The translations under genes were made by a program, and so were the position numbers. The notes beneath the pieces were generated by a model. The model did not search any database and was not told the origin of the DNA. It saw only the letters and a program-made list of their open reading frames with translations. Positions 50,895 through 61,663 of a stretch of DNA of 64,000 bases are shown piece after piece. The stretch comes from Macrostomum lignano (lineage: Eukaryota): assembly GCA_002269645.1 (NCBI GenBank), contig NIVC01000105.1, forward strand, positions 349,992-413,991. The letters are read 5' to 3'. The stretch's first letter is position 1, and the number at the start of each line of letters is the position of its first letter.

Positions 50895-53800
50895 ATGAGC
50901 TCCTTGCTGTGTTGGTTGCATACCTGCCTGTTGATTGTCGCTTTGACCAAAGCGTCTGCCTCAGCTGACCTCAACTTTCCAGGTGTGGTGGTTGCTTGGG
51001 GTCTTTGGGGAAATTTGTACATTCTAGATATTCACTTGTAATAAATATATTGTCTGATGTCATTCCAGGCCCACTGGTAGGCCTTAGCAACTGTCGGCAG
51101 AGCTCGGTGGCTCTAGGCAGCATCTGCCAGTCAGCAATTAGCAATCGTCTTCCCACCGGAGGCTTCACGAACCCGAAGGCCTGCTCTCAGACTCGACATG
51201 GTGACAGTGAATGGTGGCAGGCGCAGCTGACGTCAAACTCCGCAGCTCGCGTCACCTTCGTGCAAGTCCATCAGCTGAAAGGATGCTGCAAAAACGCATC
51301 AAAACCGCTACTGACAGTCACTCTTGATGGCAACGACTGTCCGCTGCGCATCCTGAAGCTTCAGCAACGCTCCCGACAGGTGTTCTTCTGCAACCGGACT
51401 GGCCAGACTGTTCGGGTGACCAGCGAGTTGCCGAACACGCAGCTCACAGTCTGTCAGGTTCAAGTATTCGCTGAGAACTTGGCTGATATTGACGCAGATC
51501 GTGAGTTTGAAATCAACACTTAGTATAGACTGCTTTGACCAATCTGGTCCTGAGTGACCCGGACGCTCTAAAGTGTTCCTGACATCCCAAAGTAACCCTA
51601 AACGTACCATGGTAACCCTAGGATATGCTCTAAAAGATACTAAAGTAAATTGGGTTTCTGTTCATAATGATTGTACTTTATATTTGTGATAGGGAGGCTG
51701 TATACACCCTGCTGGCGCATTTCAACCGACATTGTCACACAACCGGCGAGAGGCATTACTGCCCATTCCGCCAACTCCCTAGCTAATTGAGCAGACACAC
51801 AAGCGCGCGGATACGTACGCAGTCATATGCACAGGCACACACTCGCACAGGAGCGTACAGCGGCCCTAACTTTATTTATCGTTAGGCATGTACATGTACA
51901 CTTCACTGTGCCTTGGGGATTGGCCCTCAAGGGCGTTAATTAATTGCACGAGCAGAGCCAAGCCGAGAGTCCAGTTTAACTCCAAATAAATGTTACTGCC
52001 TTGGAATCCAGCCTGGGCCGCTGGTACATCAGAGCGCCGCGCTAGTCCAATAGGAGAATCAAGACACCAGGAGGGGAATCAAGACACCAGGAGGGGAATC
52101 AAGACACCAGGAGGGGAATCAAGACACGAGGAGGGGAATCAAGATACCAGGAGGGGAATCGAGACACCAGGATGGGAATCAAGATACCAGGAGGGGAATC
52201 AAGACACGAGGAAGGGAATCAAGATACCAGGAGGGGAATCAAGATACAAGGAGGGGAATCAAGACACCAGGAGGGGAATCAAGATACCAGGAGGGGAATC
52301 AAGACACGAGGAGGGGAATCAAGATACCAGGAGGGGAATCAAGATACAAGGAGGGGAATCAAGACACCAGGAGGGGAATCAAGATACCAGTAGGGGAATC
52401 AAGACACCAGGAGGGGAATCAAGACACCAAGAGGGGAATCAAGACACCAGGAGGGGAATCAAGACACCAGGAGGGGAATCAAGACACCAGGAGGGGAATC
52501 AAGATACCAGGAGGGGAATCAAGACACCAGGAGGGGAATCAAGACAAAAGGAGGGGAGTCAAGACACAAAGGGAATCAAGACACCAGGAGGGGAATCAAG
52601 ACACGAGGAGGGGAATCAAGATACCAGGAGGGGAATCGAGACACCAGGAGGGGAATCAAGATACCAGGAGGGGAATCAAGACACGAGGAAGGGAATCAAG
52701 ATACCAGGAGGGGAATCAAGATACAAGGAGGGGAATCAAGACACCAGGAGGGGAATCAAGATACCAGGAGGGGAATCAAGACACGAGGAGGGGAATCAAG
52801 ATACCAGGAGGGGAATCAAGATACAAGGAGGGGAATCAAGACACCAGGAGGGGAATCAAGATACCAGTAGGGGAATCAAGACACCAGGAGGGGAATCAAG
52901 ACACCAGGAGGGGAATCAAGACACCAGGAGGGGAATCAAGATACCAGGAGGGGAATCAAGACACCAGGAGGGGAATCAAGACAAAAGGAGGGGAGTCAAG
53001 ACACAAAGGGAATCAAGACACCAGGAGGGGAATCAAGACACGAGGAGGGGAATCAAGATACCAGGAGGGGAATCGAGACACCAGGAGGGGAATCAAGATA
53101 CCAGGAGGGGAATCAAGACACGAGGAAGGGAATCAAGATACCAGGAGGGGAATCAAGATACAAGGAGGGGAATCAAGATACCAGGAGGGGAATCAAGACA
53201 CGAGGAGGGGAATCAAGATACCAGGAGGGGAATCAAGATACAAGGAGGGGAATCAAGACACCAGGAGGGGAATCAAGATACCAGTAGGGGAATCAAGACA
53301 CCAGGAGGGGAATCAAGACACCAAGAGGGGAATCAAGACACCAGGAGGGGAATCAAGACACCAGGAGGGGAATCGAGACACCAGGAGGGGAATCAAGATA
53401 CCAGGAGGGGAATCAAGATACCAGGAGGGGAATCAAGATACAAGGAGGGGAATCAAGACACCAGGAGGGGAATCAAGATACCAGTAGGGGAATCAAGACA
53501 CCAAGAGGGGAATTAAGACACCAGGAGGGGAATCAAGATACCAGTAGGGGAATCAAGACACCAGGAGGGGAATCAAGACACCAGGAGGGGAATCAAGACA
53601 CCAGGAGGGGAATCAAGACACCAGGAGGGGAATCAAGACATCAGGAGGGGAATCAAGACACCAGGAGGGGAATCAAGATACCAGTAGGGGAATTAAGACA
53701 CAAGGGGAATCAGACCAACCGCTGCGGACTCCAGATTATGGACCCAGCTTAGTTACTATATACCCATTAACTCTGCAGATCCCCTCCTGCAGCTGTCAAA

Positions 53801-56377
53801 CTGTTCTCAGCTGCCTCCCAGTAGTTCAGCCACGTGCCAGAAAGCCACAGACGGCAGGACACGAACTGGCTGCATCGCTGTGCCTGAAAACGGCTGGTGG
53901 GAAGCTCAGACGCAGAAGGCCAGCCTCATCAAGTATGTCAGAATCTACTCGGCCATGACCTGCTGTCAGGACAGCGCCTACAAGTTCTCTGTGTCAGTAG
54001 ACGGTTCCAACTGCATCTCATATTCAGGCGCATACTTTAGCGCAAGAGATTTTCTATGCAAACGTAAAGGCCGAAACATTCGAATTGTCAACCGGATGCA
54101 AACTGGTCAGCTCCTCCTGTGCGAGGTGCAAGCCTTCGGCAGCAGGCGAACTCCTGTGGACTATGGAGGTGAGTCAGTTCCTGCTAGATGATCTGTGTTC
54201 TTACGTGAAAATGTCTTTGTCTTCAAGTTCAGTTGTTAGCTCTGTTGTCTCGTTGTCTTACAGGGCGTTTACATCCCAAACTTTACGCTCCCCAACACCA
54301 CACCACTTGGAGCTCAGTGACACTCAACCTTGGCGCTCAATGACACCCAAATTTGGCGCTAAATGACACCCAAACTTGGGCGCTCAGTGACACCCAAACT
54401 TGGGCGCTCAATGACACTCAAACTTGGGCGCTCAATGACACTCAAACTTGGGCGCTCAATGACACCACAACTTGGCGCTCAGTGACACCCAAACTTGGCG
54501 TTCAGTGACACCCAAACTTAGCGCTCAAAGCCACCAAAACTTGGCGCTCAGTGACACCCAAACTTGGAGCTCAGTGACACCCAAACTTAGCGCTCAAAGC
54601 CACCAAAACTTGGCGCTCAGTGACACCCAAACTTGGAGCTCAGTGACACCCAAACTTAGCGCTCAAAGCCACCAAAACTTGGCGCTCAGTGACACCCAAA
54701 CTTGGCGCTCAGTGACACCTAAACTTGGCGCTCAAAGCCACTCAAACTTGGGCGGTCAATGACACCCAAACTTGACGCTTAGTTACAAATCCAAGTTGGC
54801 GCTTAATGACACTCAAATTTGGCGTTCAATGACACCCAAACTTGACGCTCAGTTACAAATCCAAGTTGGCGCTTAATGACACTCAAATTTGGCGCTCAAT
54901 GACACCCAAACTTGGCGCTCAAAGCCACCAAAACTTGGCGCTCAATGACACTCAAACTTGGCGCTTAGTGACACTCAAACTTGGCTCAACAAACTCAAAC
55001 TCTCAGAATTCATTCCCCCATTGTGTACTGCAACTTGGCACCAGGGTTGACACGCCTTCATCTCCATTGAATCCCGCCAGTGCCGATTCATCTGTCCAGC
55101 TGCAGCCAGAGCTCCTCGGTCAATGGCAGCCGATGTCGCAAAGCTCTTGACGGCAGCGTCGCTCAGGTGTGCGCCAGGTGCGCCCGAACTCGCGTCGAGC
55201 GCGGCTGGTGGCAGGGACGCACCAGCCAACGAGTGCTGGTGAAATTCGTTCGAATTTTTCTGCCCAACGCCGGGAGCGGCTGCGGTCCGAACGATCTCGA
55301 ACGAGCTCTGGTGACTGTCAGCGGGACGGAGTGCACGCCATTCGAGAGCGGACGCTCGGTGTACATCCTATTCTGCAATGCGACAGGACAAGGTGTTACA
55401 ATTCGGAATCTGCACGCATCGGAGTTGACCATCTGTGAGGTGCAGGCCATGGGAGCGTACCTGGAGCCGGAGCACCCAGAGCATCATCATAAACGCATTC
55501 GAAAAGGACGCGGACATCATCATAGAAAAGTGTTTTCACCTCGTAAGACACTTTTCAAAGCACATCTTAGCCTCTGCTTTGATCGTAAGAAATTGTAAAT
55601 TTAGCTCAATAGTGGTGAACTGCACATGCATCAAAGTCTCCTGACTTTAGACTATGTGTTCACTATATGCGGAAACACACATTAGTACTATGAGCTACCA
55701 GACCTCATGAACAGACACGTTGATAATAGCAGTCGTCACACAGACACAACAATGCTAGCAGCCCTCATAAAGACCCATAGATGATTACCAGCCTTAAAAG
55801 GACACATTGATACCATCAGCCCTCACAAAGACACATAGATGATACCAGCCTTACAAAGACACATCGGTGTGACCAACCAGCTCTCAGACTGACACATTGC
55901 AGCAGCTCCAAGCTTTCAAAACCTTTCCCAGATTGGCCCAATCCCCACCGACCGCACCGTCGACCCATCCTGGTGCGGTGCTCGCAGAGCTCCTCCGTCC
56001 CGGGCAGCCACTGTCGACTCGCCACTGACGGCAGTCGCAAACGATGCGCAAAGACTGCCGCTGAGAGAGGCGCCTGGTGGCAGGCGGGGCTTCATCATCC
56101 GCGTGGGACAAAATCCCATCGAGTTGGCGCAGTTGTGCTGGCTCTGGAGCAAACTCTGTCTCAAAAAGTTCTACAGTCAGCCAAGGCACTGAAACGCCTG
56201 CGCGTTACCGTCAACAACCAGCCGTGTCGAATGCATTCAACGCACCACCGCGGCAGCGGTGCCGAGTTTGAATGCAACAAAATTGGCGACCTGATCCGGG
56301 TGAGCAATGGGCCCGATGGTTCGATGGCTCCACTGGTACTCTGCGAGGTTCTCGTGCTGGCATGGCCTATTCAATGA
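50895..56377 (+). CDS. Secreted protein with four tandem divergent F-type lectin (fucolectin/FTP, F5/8C-fold)-like domains, 5 exons, 605 aa
   Basis: Exon 50895-50982 encodes a signal peptide (MSSLLCWLHTCLLIVALTKASA). Exons 51069-51500, 53779-54168, 55081-55542 and 55932-56377 each carry L..CSQSS...C..A.DG...C..T...WW...V.(I/V)...C...F.C...G..(V/I)...L.(L/V)CEV.V. All junctions are phase 1 (donors GTGTGG, GTGAGT, GTGAGT, GTAAGA) and total 1818 nt. Confidence 0.8.
51796..52033. repeat. Dispersed repeat of about 230 bp, copy 2
   Basis: Matches 1986-2217 in the same orientation. Confidence 0.8.
52055..53710. repeat. 20-bp minisatellite GAATCAAGACACCAGGAGGG in lectin gene intron 2
   Basis: About 1.65 kb period-20 array. 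Confidence 0.95.
54305..54985. repeat. Minisatellite of about 22-23 bp (CTTGGCGCTCAGTGACACCCAAA) in lectin gene intron 3
   Basis: Visible units. Confidence 0.92.
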
Positions 56378-56763
56378 ACGGAGCCGAAAATACCAGATAT
56401 TACTCAAGAGAGTTGGTGATGGTAGACAACGCAAATTATTCACATTTTCAGTGGTGTTTGTTTAAAAGGATAAAAAATTATTTTTTTCTTCGTCATCGTT
56501 TTATCCATTTATGCAAATGCAATCGATGAAAATTGAAACAGTCGCTTCGTTAGAATTGTTGTACAATTTTCTGTTTTAAACTAACAAAGCTTTCAGCCTG
56601 CAAGCTGAGCACTAACGGGATCGTGGAAGTGGTTCGAGGGATAGGGATGCAATTTTAAACAAAACAAAAAATGCTTTTTGAAATTAACGTCACTTTTTCA
56701 CGTGCGTCATCATTCATCCACCCGTCGAATCAATCAAGGCGGAAAACAAATGAAAATCCCATT

Positions 56764-56805
<42 letters not shown>

Positions 56806-56989
56806 CTCAAATGATTTCGATAAGAGATAAGAGAGAGGATTTTAAATTTTCACCGAGAAGGTTTGCGTTAAAATATTTGTTATATTGACTACGATGGCGA
56901 CTTAAAGGAGTAGAAAATTCAATTTAAATACGACTAAGATTCGGGTTCAGATCAAAGAACATAGCTTATGCTTCGGAAAACTATAGAAA

Positions 56990-58048
56990 ATGTTATTAAT
57001 ATTGCTATTTTTTCTATCAACTTTGACAACGGTTCAGTCGGTATCGGCAACCGCCAAATGCAAACTAAAGTACTGCAAGTACTCCAGCCAGTGCAGCGAT
57101 GAGAAGTGGGCCATCGAGCGTCTGTACTCAGTCGCAAGCGAGCCGGCCTGTGTAATGCAGCTGCACCGCAGAATCCACAGTCGAGAGCCGCCAGACGACG
57201 ACTTGGTTGCTCAATGGAGCAAACAATCCAGCATCTGCTCCATCCTTCACTATCAGGCTGTCTGTCGGGACATTGCTAAGCAATCTTCGAACAACTATCA
57301 GTGCTTGATTTATCGCATCAAGGCTCTGGCGACCTGTGATGCATCATCGCTTAGCGATCGTTTCATCGGAGTCTGGCTGGCAGGTGGGAGCAGCCGGTTC
57401 AGCAACCTGGTGTGCCAGAATGACACCACAGCGAGAGTCGGAGATCACCGACTGGAAAGCATCAACTTGAAGTGGACCGACGAAGGCGCCAAATTCGATG
57501 GCCGAACATCCTACGCTCTGCTAAACGACAGTCGATTCATTCTCCCGAACGCCTCCTTCACCTGGCTGATTCGATTCAAACGGACTTCGAAAGTGCAGCC
57601 ACTTCTGGAAGCCATCGATTGCGCCAATCTCACAAAATTCGGGCCGCACCTGTGGGAATTTGATAAAGCTAATCGATTGTTCTTCGACACCGGAGGAAAG
57701 TCGCTGCCGTTTCTGTGGTTCTGCACTGACTTGGACGCCCTGCCGAACAGCTCGTCTGCATGGGTGGACGTCGGCATGACTGCCAAACTGCAGCTGTCGA
57801 GCACTCTAAAACAGGTCGAGTTCTATGTAGATGGCCACTTCTTGAATAGCTACAGCGGCCACCTGAGCCAGTCTACCCAGTTGGACTGCTTCAAACTCCT
57901 AATCGGTCACCGGAAGGCGGACAACTCGTCACGCGAATTGCTAAATAGAGTGGACTCCTTCATGGAAGGGATCGTCAGAGCCGTTGCAGTCGCTAACAAC
58001 TCCATGTCGCTGGACGAAATTCGACATTTCTTCAGTCAAGTTCCCTGA
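56990..58048 (+). CDS. Intronless secreted protein, Cys-rich PAN/apple-like N-terminus plus LamG/ConA-like domain, 352 aa
   Basis: Signal peptide MLLILLFFLSTLTTVQSVSA. LamG-like pattern GAKFDGRTSYALL...SFTWLIRFK...WVDVGMT...FYVDG...LLIG...FMEGIVRAVAVAN.SMSLDEI. The domain call is from pattern memory only. Confidence 0.65.
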   Translation: MLLILLFFLSTLTTVQSVSATAKCKLKYCKYSSQCSDEKWAIERLYSVASEPACVMQLHRRIHSREPPDDDLVAQWSKQSSICSILHYQAVCRDIAKQSSNNYQCLIYRIKALATCDASSLSDRFIGVWLAGGSSRFSNLVCQNDTTARVGDHRLESINLKWTDEGAKFDGRTSYALLNDSRFILPNASFTWLIRFKRTSKVQPLLEAIDCANLTKFGPHLWEFDKANRLFFDTGGKSLPFLWFCTDLDALPNSSSAWVDVGMTAKLQLSSTLKQVEFYVDGHFLNSYSGHLSQSTQLDCFKLLIGHRKADNSSRELLNRVDSFMEGIVRAVAVANNSMSLDEIRHFFSQVP

Positions 58049-58169
58049 AGTCATCCTGTTTAAAAAAGTTTGTTTTAATTACCTTTTAAATTCTATCCGG
58101 AGTTTGTTACAGCAGTTTGAAGATTCAACCAAACCGTAAAATCGTTTTATACGCTTGTAATTATAAAAT

Positions 58170-58779
58170 CAAGGCCTGCTCAAGTAGGAAGGACGTAGGT
58201 AAAACCTTGGAAAATTTTAGTAGGCAAGTTTTTCATTACACTACGGAGATAGGAAATTGTTATTGCTCTTGATAAGAAGCAGACCCAATGTTCATCTTTT
58301 GATATGTTGTGCCTCTATTTTTGCTTTATCACCGACAAATCCTATCTACCTACGTACAATTGTACATCGCCTGTGCCTAAAAATCATTAAAATGGCACGA
58401 CTCAACTCATTGGTTTTAGGAATTTATTTTATCATTCTTATAGCTGACTGTGTAACAATATGTGCAACAGTAAATGATAAAATAGATTCATAAAACCAAT
58501 AAGCCGAGCTGTGCCATGCATTTTTATGATTTTTCAGTACAAGGAATGTACGTTGAATAATAAATTAACATGGAATCCTAACTTTCTGAACGAAAAACTT
58601 TAATTATCAATAGCTGAGCTATAAGAGAGGCACAGCATATCAAAGGTTGAACATTAGATCTGCCTCCTATCGAAAGCAATAACAGCTTTTGTGCTGAAAG
58701 ATAAAAACTTCCTATTTCCGTAGTGTAATGATTTTCCAAGAAACGAGGTTTCCTGTCCTTCCTACTCTGGTAGTCCTTG
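58170..58779. mobile_element. Non-autonomous foldback DNA transposon (MITE) with long imperfect TIRs and an 8-bp TSD
   Basis: Termini CAAGG...CCTTG. Arms at about 58170-58325 and 58615-58779 are reverse complements (for example CATTACACTACGGAGATAGGAA / TTCCTATTTCCGTAGTGTAATG). TATAAAAT is duplicated at 58162-58169 and 58780-58787. Confidence 0.85.
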
Positions 58780-59539
58780 TATAAAATCTGACATTTCTTG
58801 ACAATAAACTAATTTCGAGCCCTCCTACATCTTTAATTCCCTTTTGTCAATTTTTACCTGATCAATTTTATCTGTACACGGATCTTCTTATTTTCCCATT
58901 ACTAATAAGTAGTTCTGTATCTAAGCCCAAAATAAATCATACGATTCTTACAATCTTACCAGCCTACTTGTAAGTAGAGGTATTTGTACAGGAAACTAAG
59001 ATTTGATTGCCGACTATTTCATTTTAAACTGAGTAACATGAGATCTCTAGATTTAAAAGCTGAAATTGAGAATGAGTTTCACATGCAGAAGAAGATGGTG
59101 AGAGATTAACGATCAAGGGTGAGATGAGAGAGAGAGAGATACTAGATTAGAGGAAAATATACGACTGATTACAATTAGTTGAGGCATGCATAAAGAGAAT
59201 GGTGGAAATAGGGATTAAATTGGAAATCACTGAATGGAGTTGACATCCAGGAATGAGACTAGACATTCAATAATGAGATTAGACATACAAAAATGAAATT
59301 CAACATCAATGAGATTCAGACATCAGGAGGAATGAAGTTTCAAATACATGTATAAGGAACTAGATTAGACATGCAGGTATGACATTATACGTGTACAGCA
59401 TATATAGGTAAAATATTTGGAGTTCATGAAAAAGATTAGACATCGAGGAGTGAGATTGGAGATCCAGAAAAGAGATGAGACATGCCAGAATAAGATTGGA
59501 TACATAGGATTGAGATGAGACACACAAGAATGAGATTAG

Positions 59540-60260
59540 GCATCCAGGAATAAGATGAGACATCCAGGAATGAGATTAGGTATCCAGGAATGATTAGACA
59601 TCCAGGAATGATTAGACATCTAGGAATGAGACTAGACATGCAGGAATGAGGTTAAGCATGCAGGAATGAGATTAGACTTCTAAGAATGAAATCAGAGATC
59701 CAGGAATGGGGTTAGATATCCAGGAATGAGATTAGACATGCAGGAATGAGATTAGACATCCAAGAAGGAGATTAGACATCCAGGAATGATTAGACATCCA
59801 GGAATGAGACTAGACATGCAGGAATGAGATTAAGCATGCAGAAATGAGCTTAGACTTCCAAGAATGAAATTAGACATCCAGGAATGAGGTTAGACATCCA
59901 GGAATAAGGTTAGACATCCAGGAAAGAGATTAGACATCCAAGAAGGAGATTAGACATCCTGGAATGAGATTAAACATCCAAGAAAAAGATTAGACATTCA
60001 AGAATGAGATTAGACATGCAGGAATAAGGTTAGACCTCCAGGAATGAGATTAGACATCCAAGAAGGAGATTAGACATCCTGGAATGAGATTAAACATCCA
60101 AGAAAAAGATTAGACATTCAAGAATGAGATTAGACATGCAGGAATAAGGTTAGACCTCCAGGAATGAGATTAGACATCCAAGAAGGAGATTAGACATCCT
60201 GGAATGAGATTAAACATCCAAGAAAAAGATTAGACATTCAAGAATGAGATTAGACATCTC
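59540..60260. repeat. 20-bp minisatellite GAGATTAGACATCCAGGAAT with a higher-order 120-bp period at its right end
   Basis: Visible units; the last lines repeat with a 120-bp offset. Confidence 0.9.
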
Positions 60261-60849
60261 GAAATAAGACAGCAATCCTGGAATTCAAGATCTCATATGC
60301 AAGACGTGGATCCACTGATGGAGCGCACACAGATATCAGGCATCGCTTTGAATTCACGAGCTGTGTAGGTATTGCAGTACGCAGTCGTTCCAGCTGCCCC
60401 AACCCTCGCGGCCACTTGATGAGGCGACTGTGGCATCCCAGTACCGCGTGTGCCCAGCTGGCAAAGATATCCCTTCAATTAGCTAATGAAGTGGCCCCCA
60501 TCTCCTGACCCCTTTCCCCTCATCCCCTGGAGGCAAACTCGACACTCGATCAGCCAGTCCATCAGCTGCTCCGATCGTCATTCTATTTGTCGGTGGCATC
60601 AAAATCCTCTGGGGGAGGGATTTTTTCTATCTGTATTTGGGTTCGAGAGAATTTTCAGGACTACAGGAAACTGGTCGATGATGAGGTTGCCTGATAGTTT
60701 TGGGTTCGTTAGTTTGCCGGGGGCTTAGGGCTCTGCCCGCAAAAGGGCGACAAGTCATGGTATTAAGTCATGGTACATACTACTGAAGTAACTGTGCCTT
60801 GGAGTTGGCCTTCATTGACGAGAATTTATGTTTCGTGCACAAGCCCCAA

Positions 60850-61234
60850 ATTAATTAATTAACGAGAGGTGAGAGTTGAGACACTTTCGACTCCATAGAC
60901 TCTGGGTTTCATAGGTGTCAAGCTCCCAATGGAAGCTGGAAGTACTTCCTGGAAGTATGATGGGCAGATACACAATTGACAGCTCAGCCGCAGCTATTGC
61001 GCGGCGCATCTGAAGGCTGCGTACGGCTGTTCAGTCCAAGGACTGGGGGTTCGCCACACACACCCTCAATTACCCCAGCTAATGCTGGCACCCATTTTGC
61101 AGATGGGTGAACTGAAGCAATGCAGAGTTAAGTGTCTTGCTCAAGGACACAAATTGTTCCGAGTTGGATCGGGAATCGAACCCACCGACCTTCAAGTCGT
61201 GAGTCCGACGCTCTGACCACTAGGCTACAGCCCC
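60850..61234 (-). mobile_element. Full-length tRNA-derived CORE-type SINE (about 385 bp)
   Basis: Minus strand reads GGGGCTGTAGCCTAGTGGTCAGAGC (A-box) ... GGTTCGATTCC (B-box), then the core TGTGTCCTTGAGCAAGACACTTAACTCTGCATTGCTTCAGTTCACCCATCTGCAAAATGGG, a unique body and a (TTAA)n-like tail. Confidence 0.85.
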
Positions 61235-61663
61235 CTGGAAGCATCCTACCTGTTACTTCGTAAATGATGAATTAATTTCGCGCAACTCAAACCAGTTTCA
61301 GACAGTAAAAGCTGTTTATTCGCAAGTTTCGCACAGTATTTTACAGTATAGGGAGGCAACTACTTGTATGTTAAATAGGCCGTACATATCACAAAACAAC
61401 AAGATGGATTGTGCCGTGAAAAAGTAACTTTTTAACAAAGAGTATTGTTATCATCGCGCTTTGCTCACGCGAGAGAGAAAAATGAAAGCCAATCCCTGCC
61501 GGTCGCGGATCGAGTGAGGTGAGCTGCTGAGCTGTGTGTATTTCCGCTGCCAACCGGAGAGTCCGGTGCAGCTTCGAGAAAAATAATTGCGAAAAAGTAA
61601 ATTTTCAAATTAGAAATATTTCTGTGTCCAGTGAGAGGCGGCCATAAATATGAAGAGTGAAAA

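Noticed and set aside
51990-53516. 508-aa repetitive ORF GGESRHQEGNQDTRRGIKTP
   Set aside because: Stop-free translation of a 20-bp array inside the lectin gene intron; no signal peptide or unique sequence.
61165-61234. tRNA-Val(CAC)-like gene
   Set aside because: The anticodon stem pairs poorly, there is no acceptor stem or T-run terminator, and it continues into the SINE core; it is a SINE head.
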